Positions 29,935-38,654 of a stretch of DNA of 64,000 bases are shown piece after piece (within the stretch, counting starts at the first letter, position 1; each line of letters begins with the position of its first letter). Made by a program: the position numbers and the translations under genes. The notes under the pieces are model-generated. The model was not told the DNA's origin and did no database searches. It was given only the letters and a program-made list of their open reading frames with translations. Source of the stretch: Candidatus Dormiibacterota bacterium (GTDB taxonomy: Bacteria > Chloroflexota > Dormibacteria > Aeolococcales > Bog-877); NCBI GenBank assembly GCA_049790415.1, contig JBAQYY010000042.1:5094-69093 (forward strand). Reading direction: 5' to 3'.

Positions 29935-31923
29935 CTATTTTGACCGCGAGCGCGAGGCTACGTAGTCGACTAACACGTAGTCGCCGAGCCGGTCGGGGCT
30001 GACGAAGAAGACGCGACCCCGATTCTGGCGAGTGAGTTGCTGGATGAACTGGACCAGGTACTGGTTGGTCTCGAGCATAAAAGTGTTGATCACAATTCCC
30101 TCCCTGGTGCAGTGACGCACCTCCTGAAGGGTCTTGCGAAATGTCTCGGGCAAGGGCGGGTACATGAAGACGGCATGGGTGCCCTCCATGTGGGCCGTGG
30201 GTTCGCCATCGCTGACGATGATTATCTGGCGATTCCCGGCCCGATGTCGGTGCAGCAGTCGGCGCGCCAGCATCAGTCCGTGCTGCATGTTGGTGCCGTA
30301 GACGTACTCACTGTAGGAGAGTTGGGCCAGCATGGCCGGACTGATTTCCCGGGCGTAGTCGGAAAAACCGACGACGTAGAGGGTATCCCGGGGATACTGG
30401 GTACGGATCAAGGAATTCAGCGCCAGAGCCATTTTCTTGGCCGCGTAGAAGTAGCCTCGCAAGGGCATGCTGCGGCTCATGTCGAGCATCAGCACGGTGT
30501 TGGTCTGCACGCTGCGCTCGGATTCCCGCACCTCGAAGTCGTCGACGTTTAGGCGCAGGGGACGGCTTCCATCGCTGTGCCGGACAGCGTTCATAAGGGT
30601 CTTTTCCACGTCGAGGTTGAAGGGATCCCCGAACTGGTAGGGCTTGCTGTCATCACTGACCTCGGGGCCAGTCCCCAGGCTGCCCTGGGGATGACTGCCG
30701 AAGCCATCGGCGGAGAGGTGCTGGAAGATGTCGGCCAGCGCCTTCTGGCCGATCTTGCGCACTCCCTGCGGAGTCAGCTCCAGCCCGTCGCCATCACGCT
30801 TGAGCTGTCCTTTGGCCTCCAGCTCGCTGACCAGGGCCTGGATCTTGAGCATGTTGGCAGCCGAGTCGGGTCCCAGGCTTTCCGCCATCTGCTCCAGCAA
30901 CTCCGGGGGCACATCGGCGCCGGCGTAAGCCTGCCGGATGCCCCTTTCCAACGAGTCGAGCTGTTGCAGTTCGCCCATCACGTCGAGGGCACCCGGCAGA
31001 TCGAGTTCCTCGCCGCCGAAGAAGGGGAAACGCGAACCGGAAGACGCCTGCGGCGACATCTGGCCGAGCAGCCGGGAGAGTTGAGCCAGCTGTTCTTGGA
31101 GTTCCTGATCGCTGAGGGCGGCCCGCATGATCTCCTGCAGTTGCTGACGCGTCTCCGGTGACGCTGATTCCAGCAGCGAGTTGAGTTCGGCCATCTGTTG
31201 GCGCAGCTGGTCGAGGAAGGACTCCAGATCCTCGGGATGGTCGGGGAAGTAGCTGCCCCACTTCTCCATGAACTCCTGGTAGCGAGGAGGTTCGCCCCGC
31301 TGCTGTCGCTCCAGCATCTGGTTGAGGTCGTGGATCATTTCGCGTAGCTGGCCGATGTCCTGCGCACCCAGGTTCTGGACTGCCTTACCGAGGTCCTGGA
31401 AGTGGCGCTCGACGAGGTTCCGACGGAGCTCGCCCAGAAGCTCCTGGAAGTCCTGACCCGCCTCTTGGTCGAGGAACTCGTACTCCTGGAGCTGGCGGAT
31501 CGCGGAACCCGCCTCGGGAGGCAGCGCATCGAGTTGTTCCAGACGGCTCCGGGTCAGTCTCTCCACTAGGCGCTGGTGATCGCTTCCGGCCGCCTCGCGA
31601 GCGCGCTCCTGCAGGGTGGTGCGCTCCTTTTGGAGAATCCGGTCGAGCCGCTCCTCGATGTCCTTGAAGAGGCCATCCAGGTTGTAGCGCTCGAGCTTCT
31701 CCTGGCGCTGTTCGCGGAGTTGGTCGAGGAGGTCCTCCAAGCCTTGGAGCTGGTTGCCCTGGCTGTCCCTGAAGCCCTGGCTCAGGAGCCGGCGGAGGGC
31801 GGACTCAAAGTCCCAGCCGTGGAAGACGTCCTCTGCCAGGCGCGAGAAGAGTTCGCCCGAGTCAGGAAGGTCACCTTCCTGACTGCCGTCCCAACGGCTG
31901 TAGAGTTCGCGGGCCGCGGCCAT
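29935..31923 (-). CDS. Large vWA-domain protein (COG4867-like)
   Basis: 662 aa. A long Glu/Leu/Gln-rich helical N-terminal part is followed by a C-terminal von Willebrand A domain with a MIDAS-like VLMLDMSRSM and later VVGFSDYA...IIIVSDGEPTA. Confidence 0.7.
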   Translation of the reverse strand: MAAARELYSRWDGSQEGDLPDSGELFSRLAEDVFHGWDFESALRRLLSQGFRDSQGNQLQGLEDLLDQLREQRQEKLERYNLDGLFKDIEERLDRILQKERTTLQERAREAAGSDHQRLVERLTRSRLEQLDALPPEAGSAIRQLQEYEFLDQEAGQDFQELLGELRRNLVERHFQDLGKAVQNLGAQDIGQLREMIHDLNQMLERQQRGEPPRYQEFMEKWGSYFPDHPEDLESFLDQLRQQMAELNSLLESASPETRQQLQEIMRAALSDQELQEQLAQLSRLLGQMSPQASSGSRFPFFGGEELDLPGALDVMGELQQLDSLERGIRQAYAGADVPPELLEQMAESLGPDSAANMLKIQALVSELEAKGQLKRDGDGLELTPQGVRKIGQKALADIFQHLSADGFGSHPQGSLGTGPEVSDDSKPYQFGDPFNLDVEKTLMNAVRHSDGSRPLRLNVDDFEVRESERSVQTNTVLMLDMSRSMPLRGYFYAAKKMALALNSLIRTQYPRDTLYVVGFSDYAREISPAMLAQLSYSEYVYGTNMQHGLMLARRLLHRHRAGNRQIIIVSDGEPTAHMEGTHAVFMYPPLPETFRKTLQEVRHCTREGIVINTFMLETNQYLVQFIQQLTRQNRGRVFFVSPDRLGDYVLVDYVASRSRSK

Positions 31924-31933
31924 TGCCGCTTGC

Positions 31934-33328
31934 CTAGCTTCCGTAGACGGTGCTGCCGTCCACCACCGTCTTGTTCAGGCGCTTGGAGAGGTGCAACCCC
32001 TCCAGAACCAGTTCTAACGCCGCTGCCACCGACCCCGGCTGCTGGGGTTCGTCGAGGTCGCTCAGGATCCGCTTCATCTCGGGGATACCATCGGCCACCT
32101 GGAGGTAACGCTCCAGCGCCACCATCTCGCCGACTTCGATGGTGAGCCCTTCCTCGAAGCGGGCCAGCACCGGTGCGAACTCCTGCACCGCGAAGTGGCG
32201 CCGGAAGACATTGGTGCACGCGCTCCGGAGCAGCTTCTGGAGCAGGGCCTGGTCCTCGCCCTCCTCCCAGGTCTCCAATTCCAGCTTGCCCAGCGTTGAA
32301 GCGGTCAGCGCGCCGAGGTCACTCAGCCGCGGCACCGCCTCGGGCTCGGCCAGGCTGATGGCGCGGCGAACCGCGTTGGCGCAGAGGCTTTCGAAATTGG
32401 CGATCGAGAGCCGGACCGAGACTCCCGAGCGCTGGTTGATCTGGGTGGTGCGCCGAGCCAGCTGGGAGATCTCGGCGACCAGCTCCAACATGTATTGGGG
32501 CACGTGGAGGGGAATGCCTAATCCCGAGAACTGGTCGCGCTCCTGCTGGATGATCTCGGCCTCGGCTTCCGGGGAGCGCGGGTAGTGGGTGCGGATCTGG
32601 GCCCCGAAGCGGTCCTTGAGCGGGGTGATGATCCGGCCCCGGTTGGTGTAGTCCTCGGGGTTGGCAGTGGCCACCACCAACACGTCCAGGGGCAGGCGAA
32701 CCTGGAAGCCGCGGATCTGGACGTCGCGCTCTTCCATGATGTTGAGTAGCCCCACCTGGATCCGCTCGGCCAAATCGGGGAGCTCGTTGATGGCAAAGAT
32801 GCCCCGGTTGACCCGAGGCAGCAGGCCGTAGTGGATGGTCAGCTCGTCGGCCAGATAGCGTCCTTCGGCCACCCGAATCGGATCCACCTCGCCGATCAGG
32901 TCGGCAATGGAGGTGTCGGGAGTGGCCAGTTTTTCACCGAACCGCTCCGCCCGCCCGATCCACGTTATCGGCGTTTGGTCACCCATCTCGCCGACCAGAT
33001 CGCGACCGAGGCGGCTGATCGGCGCGTAGGGATGGTCGTGGACCTCACTGCCACGAATCATTGGAACCTGTTCGTCCAGGAGTTGGGCCATGGCCCGGAT
33101 CAGCCGCGACTTGGCCTGGCCCCGTTCGCCGAGGAACACCATGTCCTGCCCCGCCAGCAGGGCATTCTCGATCTGGGGCAGTACCGTGTCCTGGTATCCG
33201 ACCAGGCCCTGGAAGCGCTCCCGGCCATGGCGCAGTGCCTCGATCAGGTTGTCGCGCAGCTCCTCCCGGACCGAGCGCATCCGGTACTCGCTGCCGCGTA
33301 GCTCACCAAGGGTGCTCGGGAGTGCCAT
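31934..33328 (-). CDS. ChlI/MoxR-type AAA+ ATPase (Mg-chelatase subunit I-like)
   Basis: Walker A FLGERGQAKS, Walker B/sensor GIFAINELPDL...LLNIMEERDVQIRG...VLVVATANPEDYTNRGRIITPLKDRF, and a C-terminal helical lid. It lies 10 nt upstream of the vWA gene. Confidence 0.75.
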   Translation of the reverse strand: MALPSTLGELRGSEYRMRSVREELRDNLIEALRHGRERFQGLVGYQDTVLPQIENALLAGQDMVFLGERGQAKSRLIRAMAQLLDEQVPMIRGSEVHDHPYAPISRLGRDLVGEMGDQTPITWIGRAERFGEKLATPDTSIADLIGEVDPIRVAEGRYLADELTIHYGLLPRVNRGIFAINELPDLAERIQVGLLNIMEERDVQIRGFQVRLPLDVLVVATANPEDYTNRGRIITPLKDRFGAQIRTHYPRSPEAEAEIIQQERDQFSGLGIPLHVPQYMLELVAEISQLARRTTQINQRSGVSVRLSIANFESLCANAVRRAISLAEPEAVPRLSDLGALTASTLGKLELETWEEGEDQALLQKLLRSACTNVFRRHFAVQEFAPVLARFEEGLTIEVGEMVALERYLQVADGIPEMKRILSDLDEPQQPGSVAAALELVLEGLHLSKRLNKTVVDGSTVYGS

Positions 33329-33428
33329 TCAGACCCGAGCCCCCAGACCACCAGGTCGCACCATTTGCCCACTATAGTCAGGCCCTCCAGAGCGAGCCCG
33401 AAGTGAGAGCAAACTCCAGCCTGAAGCT

Positions 33429-34274
33429 GTGAGCCGTCTCCCCGGAGGTCCCGATCCTCCAAGCTATCAAGCTATGGAACGGAACACGCCCGAGTCGGCG
33501 GCGGGCAGTACCAGCGGCTACGGCCAGCACCGCCAGTCGGCCGCCGACCAGACGGGCTATACGGTCAGATTTGGCTGGGGCCTGCCCGGGGTGGAGACTC
33601 TGGCCCCCCATTCGGATGTGCTGGTGGTGGTCGACGTGATCACCTTCTCGACGGCGGTGGCGGTGGCGATTGAGGGCGGTTGTCGCATCTACCCCCACCC
33701 CTGGGACCCGGAAGCCGCTCAGGCTCGGGGGCGCGAGCTGGGGATCCCGGTGGCGGTGAGTCGCTCTGCGGTGTCCTCGGCGCAGCCCTACTCCCTCTCC
33801 CCGGCGACTCTCAGCCGAGCGCCGGCGGGAGCCGCGATCGTGTTGCCGTCGCCCAACGGCTCAGCCCTCTCGGCGGCCGCCAGTCAGTACCCGGTCCAGG
33901 TTGTCGCCGGCTCATTGCGCAACGCTTTCGCGGTCGCCCGCTTTGCCCGCCAACAAGGCAAGGTGATCTCGGTTATCGCCGCCGGTGAGCGCTGGGCGGA
34001 CGGATCTCTGGACTTGGCACTGGAGGACATGGTCGGAGCCGGAGCGATCATCGACGGTCTCCGTCGACGTCGCCGTTCGCCGGAGGCGACGGCGGCCGCG
34101 GTGGTCTACCGGCAGGCGCGCAAACAAGGCTTGCGGGCAACTCTGCAAGAGTGCGTCTCGGGGCGCGAGATGCGTCGCCGCGAATACGGGGATGAGCTGG
34201 AGTGGGCGGCCGCTCTCAATGTATCGACGGTTGTCCCGGTACTCCGCGATGGTGCCTTCCAAGGCGTCGGCTGA
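33429..34274 (+). CDS. 2-phosphosulfolactate phosphatase (ComB) family protein
   Basis: VLVVVDVITFSTAVAVAIEGG..., SPNGS and IAAGERW... are ComB-family blocks. The start is uncertain (GTG 33429 or ATG 33474). Confidence 0.65.
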   Translation: MSRLPGGPDPPSYQAMERNTPESAAGSTSGYGQHRQSAADQTGYTVRFGWGLPGVETLAPHSDVLVVVDVITFSTAVAVAIEGGCRIYPHPWDPEAAQARGRELGIPVAVSRSAVSSAQPYSLSPATLSRAPAGAAIVLPSPNGSALSAAASQYPVQVVAGSLRNAFAVARFARQQGKVISVIAAGERWADGSLDLALEDMVGAGAIIDGLRRRRRSPEATAAAVVYRQARKQGLRATLQECVSGREMRRREYGDELEWAAALNVSTVVPVLRDGAFQGVG

Positions 34275-34303
34275 TCAGCACTTGTCAACGCTGCCTGGGC
34301 CCG

Positions 34304-34338
34304 GGTGACGCTCCCCGCCAGGCGGTCGGAGAGTCACC
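34304..34338 (+). terminator. GC-rich stem-loop after the ComB-like gene
   Basis: GGTGAC-g-CTCC-CCGC-cag-GCGG-tc-GGAG-a-GTCACC forms a long imperfect hairpin 30 nt after the stop. No clear U-tract follows. Confidence 0.3.
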
Positions 34339-34409
34339 GTCGGCGTCCCCTAAGCACACTTTAATTTCGTCACCGGTAAGGGCGCCCAGGCGCCGATAGA
34401 GGAGGAGCC

Positions 34410-34811
34410 ATGACTGATCACTCCCAGGTCCTCAAGGACTTGAGCGCGCCCATCGCCGAGCTTCGGCAGGCGATTCCTGAGGTGTGGGCGGCCTACAGCC
34501 AGACCCAGCGCGCGGCGACGGCGGAAGGGGCGGTGTCCTCCAAGAACAAAGAACTGATCGCGCTGGCCATCTCCATCGTCAAGAGATGTGATGGCTGCGT
34601 CGCCGCCCACGCTCGTGGTGCCGCGCGCCGCGGAGCCACGCCGCAAGAAGTTGCCGAGACCATCGGGGTGACGCTCTCACTGGAAGGCGGCCCGGCGACG
34701 GTGTGGGGTCCCCGCGCCTGGGAGGCTTACCAGCAGTTCGCCGCCGAGAATGCCAGACTGGCGACGGAGCCGCGAGGCCCGCTGACTAACTTTGGCATCG
34801 GCGACAAATGA
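34410..34811 (+). CDS. Carboxymuconolactone decarboxylase / AhpD-like alkylhydroperoxidase family protein
   Basis: 133 aa with the AhpD-type redox motif CDGCVAAH inside the helical CMD fold. Confidence 0.75.
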   Translation: MTDHSQVLKDLSAPIAELRQAIPEVWAAYSQTQRAATAEGAVSSKNKELIALAISIVKRCDGCVAAHARGAARRGATPQEVAETIGVTLSLEGGPATVWGPRAWEAYQQFAAENARLATEPRGPLTNFGIGDK

Positions 34812-34870
34812 CGCGTCGCTAACGCGGCGCTCGCGGGAGCACTTTAGCGTCTGGGAGAAGGGGGTCAAAC

Positions 34871-35272
34871 GTGACTGGTTTCAAGGCGTTCCTCATGAAG
34901 GGGAACCTGGTTCAACTGGCGGTGGCTTTCGTCATCGGTCTCACCTTCGCCGCCCTGATCCAGTCCCTGGTGGGCGGTTTGTTCAGTCCGCTGGTCCTGG
35001 CAATCTTCGGTAAGCCCACCTTGAACTCACTGTATTTCACTATCAACCATGCCCAATTTCAGTACGGACAAGTGATCAACGCTGCCATCACCTTTGTCCT
35101 CACCGCGGCGGTTCTCTACTTCGTCATCGTCGTGCCCTACCAAGCCTGGGTGACGCGCACCCAGCGCGTGCCCGATCCCACCACCAAGCAATGCCCGGAG
35201 TGTCTCAGCGAGATTCCGCTGGGTGCCTCGCGGTGTGCCTTCTGCACAGCCGCGCAAGCAGCCCACACCTGA
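34871..35272 (+). CDS. mscL: Large-conductance mechanosensitive channel with C-terminal zinc-ribbon tail
   Basis: FKAFLMKGNLVQLAVAFVIGLTF is the MscL TM1 signature and a second TM is present. The cytoplasmic tail ends CPECLSEIPLGASRCAFC (CxxC...CxxC). Confidence 0.8.
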   Translation: MTGFKAFLMKGNLVQLAVAFVIGLTFAALIQSLVGGLFSPLVLAIFGKPTLNSLYFTINHAQFQYGQVINAAITFVLTAAVLYFVIVVPYQAWVTRTQRVPDPTTKQCPECLSEIPLGASRCAFCTAAQAAHT

Positions 35273-35330
35273 CCCCTGAAGGTAGGTGTCTCAAAAAGCG
35301 CCGTGGTCGCGGTCGGCTACCTTGGTAGCG

Positions 35331-36122
35331 ATGTCCGACAAGCAAGAGCTGGAACGCAACCCCTCGGTCCTGCTGCCGGTGAGCTCGCCGCCGCTCCCGC
35401 CGCCGCAGTCGATGGCGCTGGCCGTTGTCGAGGTCATCGACCTGGGACCGAGTCTGCGCCAGATCCGACTCGGTGGCGAGGATCTCCTCGGCTTCACCTT
35501 TGCCCCGGGGCAGGATTTGATGCTGCGCCTGCCGCTGCCCGCCGGCGAGATGGTCAGTCGGCGCTACACGATCCGGCGGGCGGATCCCCGGGCTGGGCAG
35601 GCCGACCTTAACGTGGTCATACACGGTGACGGTCCGGCCGCCCGCTGGGCCAGAGCTGCCCAACCGGGCCAGCAGCTGGCCGAGGTGGTCGGTCCGCGCG
35701 GCAAGATAACCCTCGACCCGACATCCGAGTGGCATCTATTCCTGGGTGACGAGACCTACATTCCCGGGACGCTGGCCATGCTCGATGCCCTCCCCCTGCC
35801 CACTTCGGCACGGGCCGTTATTGAGGTCGCGACAGGTGCCGACGAACAGCCCTTCGCTGCCCGCGAAGGGATTCGCATCGACTGGGTCAGGAGAGGCGAC
35901 CAGCCTCCCGGAGATGTGGACCGGCTGCTTCAGGAGCTGCGTCGCTGGCAGCTTCCCCCTGGACGTGGCCATGTCTACATCGCGGCGGAGGTAAGAGTCG
36001 CCCTGACCCTGCGCGACGAACTGCTGGGTCGGGGATTGTCCCGGGATCAGGTATCCGCCAAGGGCTACTGGAGCCGAGGCCGGGCCAACGCCAGCCGAGG
36101 GGAGCCAGACGATCCCACCTAG
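35331..36122 (+). CDS. Siderophore-interacting protein (FAD-binding_9 / SIP family flavin reductase)
   Basis: The RRYTIRR FAD motif, the beta-barrel N-domain and the C-terminal SIP domain (HVYIAAEVRV...GYWSRG) identify the family. The start is set at ATG 35331. Confidence 0.7.
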   Translation: MSDKQELERNPSVLLPVSSPPLPPPQSMALAVVEVIDLGPSLRQIRLGGEDLLGFTFAPGQDLMLRLPLPAGEMVSRRYTIRRADPRAGQADLNVVIHGDGPAARWARAAQPGQQLAEVVGPRGKITLDPTSEWHLFLGDETYIPGTLAMLDALPLPTSARAVIEVATGADEQPFAAREGIRIDWVRRGDQPPGDVDRLLQELRRWQLPPGRGHVYIAAEVRVALTLRDELLGRGLSRDQVSAKGYWSRGRANASRGEPDDPT

Positions 36123-36197
36123 AACGTCTTCGCCCCGGCAGGTTTCCGCTGACCGCGCCGGGGTGTCGCCAACAACACTGCCTCGGGGGAGTCGGTC

Positions 36198-36704
36198 ATG
36201 AGCGATCCCGGAGCGCTATTTCAAGTTTTCCCGGTGATGCCCTCGGACTGGGCCGAATACAAGGAGATCCGCCTGCGGGCCTTGGCTGATGCGCCCTCGG
36301 CCTTCGGCTCCTCCTGGGCGGTGGAGCGGGAGCGCCCGGACGAAGCCTGGCGAGAGCGCGCCGGTGCGACCCCCAAGAGACAGATTTGGTCGGCGCGGTC
36401 TCGGGAGGGCTGGGTTGGCTTGGTCGGAGCTCTCCGCGAGGACGACGGGAAGGTGCAGCTGGTTTCCATGTGGGTTGATCCAAGTTGGCGTCGTCGCGGA
36501 GTTGCCCGAGCTCTGATCGCGGTGGTGGTGGCCTGGTTCGGCACTGCCCCGAACACGGGCCTCTACCTGTGGGTCAGTTCGGACAATGAGGCCGCTCGTC
36601 GCTGCTACCAGACTGAGGGGTTCCAGCTCAGCGGAGCTCGCTCGCCCCTGCCCTCGGATCCGCGTCGGAGCCGGGTGGAGATGCACCTGGTCGGGCCCAG
36701 CTGA
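36198..36704 (+). CDS. GNAT-family N-acetyltransferase
   Basis: 168 aa. The acetyl-CoA motif A is VDPSWRRRGVARAL (Q/RxxGxG/A type). Confidence 0.75.
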   Translation: MSDPGALFQVFPVMPSDWAEYKEIRLRALADAPSAFGSSWAVERERPDEAWRERAGATPKRQIWSARSREGWVGLVGALREDDGKVQLVSMWVDPSWRRRGVARALIAVVVAWFGTAPNTGLYLWVSSDNEAARRCYQTEGFQLSGARSPLPSDPRRSRVEMHLVGPS

Positions 36705-36721
36705 CCTGGCGGCGAGGTCAG
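36701..36721 (+). terminator. Perfect 7-bp hairpin overlapping the GNAT stop codon
   Basis: CTGACCT-ggcggcg-AGGTCAG. No U-tract follows, so function is uncertain. Confidence 0.25.
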
Positions 36722-36891
36722 CTGAGCGACTTCTCACTTCCCCAGCGACATCGTCGGTGCCCGACGCGAGATCATGTTGAGGACGGGACCACGTGGGGTA
36801 GCTTCCTGTCCTTGGGTCAGGGAGGGACGCAGACGAGAGCCCGACCGGTCTGCGATCCCGGTAGCTTGGTGGCGAGGAGGCAGTAGAGACT

Positions 36892-37287
36892 GTGATCTGG
36901 CTCTTTCTGGCATTGGTTCTAGTTGCCCACGAAGCCTCCCACGCTCTGGCGCTATGGGCTTATCGAGTGCCCTTCGCCCCTCGCGTCTGGTACAGCCGGG
37001 ACTTCCCCTGGCTCGGCTTTGGCTGGAAGTACTACGTGGACAAAGTCGACCTCCGCCAGCGGCGCACCATCTTGGTGGTGGGGCCGATCGTCGAGGCGAT
37101 TCTCTGGTCTGTGGGAGCGCTGCTCTTTCCCACCTATTTCTTGGGATTGATCGTGATGGCCGGAGCGACCCTCCTGCTCAACCGGCTGGTGCCCGGCGGC
37201 GACCTATGGAAGGCGCAGCGCTTGGCGCACTCGGCGTCGCTGAGCTTGAGTGGCCGGGACGTCCCTCCCCTCTGGGCGAGCCGTTAG
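36892..37287 (+). CDS. Small membrane protein with HExxH motif (putative minimal zinc metalloprotease)
   Basis: 131 aa with three or four hydrophobic helices. HEASH is embedded in TM1 (LALVLVAHEASHALALW), as in site-2-protease/M50-like and DUF3267-like proteins. Confidence 0.45.
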   Translation: MIWLFLALVLVAHEASHALALWAYRVPFAPRVWYSRDFPWLGFGWKYYVDKVDLRQRRTILVVGPIVEAILWSVGALLFPTYFLGLIVMAGATLLLNRLVPGGDLWKAQRLAHSASLSLSGRDVPPLWASR

Positions 37288-37367
37288 CGAGACTTTCGGT
37301 CCCCGGCCGCCAAAGTCAACTCAAGATCGCCAGGTGCCTTCTGAGATCCAGCCCGTAGACTGACCTC

Positions 37368-38654
37368 GTGGCGCCTGACAACCCGGCTGCCCCGGAGGCC
37401 GCAGCGAGCGCCGCGCCTGCACCCGAGCACAAGGCGGTCGCTGCTAGGAAGCCTCCACCGGGAGGCATTCCGCCCGGTACCTGGGGCTGGATCCGAGCCG
37501 CCGCCATCACTGTCACCATCTTTGTGGTCTATCAACTGCTGTTGGTGGTGGCCGGCTGGCTGACCACCATCCTGACGGTGATCCTGGCCTTGGTTCTGGC
37601 CGTCGCGATCACCTTCATCGCCGATCCCGTCGTCGGCCTGCTCCGCCGCCGGGCCCACTTCCCCGCCACCCTGGCAGTTCTGACCACTCTGATCGTGGGG
37701 ATTGTCGTGGTCGCGGGAGTGCTCTACATCGTAGGCGGACCGCTGATCGGGGAGGCTCGCGGATTGGCGGCTCAGATTCCCCATCTGCTGACCCGGGCCA
37801 ACACTGTAATCAAGCATCTCCGCACCCAGCTCAGCCAGCACGGCATTCAGGTTGGCGGCGGTGGGGTCGTCCCCACCAATCTGACCTCCTATATCCCCGG
37901 CGCCACCGGCATCCTGCTCCACGGTCTCTCCAGCACGGTCACGGTGCTGGTCGATGTCTTCGTGGGCTTGGTGATCTCCTTCTGGCTGCTCAAGGACGGC
38001 CGGGTGCTGCGGCAGCAGTTTCAGGAACTACTGCCGGGCCGCCTGCGCAGCGAGGTCAACTTCGGCTTCGACGCCTTTGCGGTGGTGGTCGGGGGCTACG
38101 TCCGGGCCCAACTCCTGATGGCGTTGCTGGTCGCCATCCTGGCCGGTGCCGGGACGGCGATTCTAGGGGTGCCCTTTCCCCTGGTGATCGCCGTGGCCAC
38201 CTTCGTCTTCGAACTGATCCCGCTGGTCGGCCCTTTCGCCGGGGGAGCCGTCGCTCTCCTCCTGGCCCTCACCAAGAGCCCGGAGCTGGCCCTCTTCACG
38301 CTCATCCTCTTCCTTGCGATTCACATCATCGAGGGGTACCTGCTGGCGCCCCGGATCCAGGCCAAGTTCGTCCGCCTCCATCCCCTGGTGGCCCTGCTGG
38401 CTCTCTTCGGCGGGATCGAGGCGGCGGGATTCTTAGGCGCCCTCTTCGCCGTCCCCGTCGCCAGCTTGTTCGCGGTCTTTCTCCGGGCCGGGGTGCTCGA
38501 CTGGCGCCACAACCGCCCCGATCTATTCGGGGCCCGGGCCACCCAGGCGGCGGCGGTGGGTGGCGCGCCGGGGCGACGGGTCCTGCGCGAGTTCACTCCC
38601 ATCCACAAGGATCTCTGGAACTGGATCAAACGCCGGGGTCGGCGCGCTTCATGA
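37368..38654 (+). CDS. AI-2E family transporter (PerM/YhhT-like permease)
   Basis: 428 aa with about 8 TM helices and the conserved C-terminal half (FVFELIPLVGPFAGGAVALLLAL...IHIIEGYLLAPRI) typical of the AI-2E family. Confidence 0.8.
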   Translation: MAPDNPAAPEAAASAAPAPEHKAVAARKPPPGGIPPGTWGWIRAAAITVTIFVVYQLLLVVAGWLTTILTVILALVLAVAITFIADPVVGLLRRRAHFPATLAVLTTLIVGIVVVAGVLYIVGGPLIGEARGLAAQIPHLLTRANTVIKHLRTQLSQHGIQVGGGGVVPTNLTSYIPGATGILLHGLSSTVTVLVDVFVGLVISFWLLKDGRVLRQQFQELLPGRLRSEVNFGFDAFAVVVGGYVRAQLLMALLVAILAGAGTAILGVPFPLVIAVATFVFELIPLVGPFAGGAVALLLALTKSPELALFTLILFLAIHIIEGYLLAPRIQAKFVRLHPLVALLALFGGIEAAGFLGALFAVPVASLFAVFLRAGVLDWRHNRPDLFGARATQAAAVGGAPGRRVLREFTPIHKDLWNWIKRRGRRAS

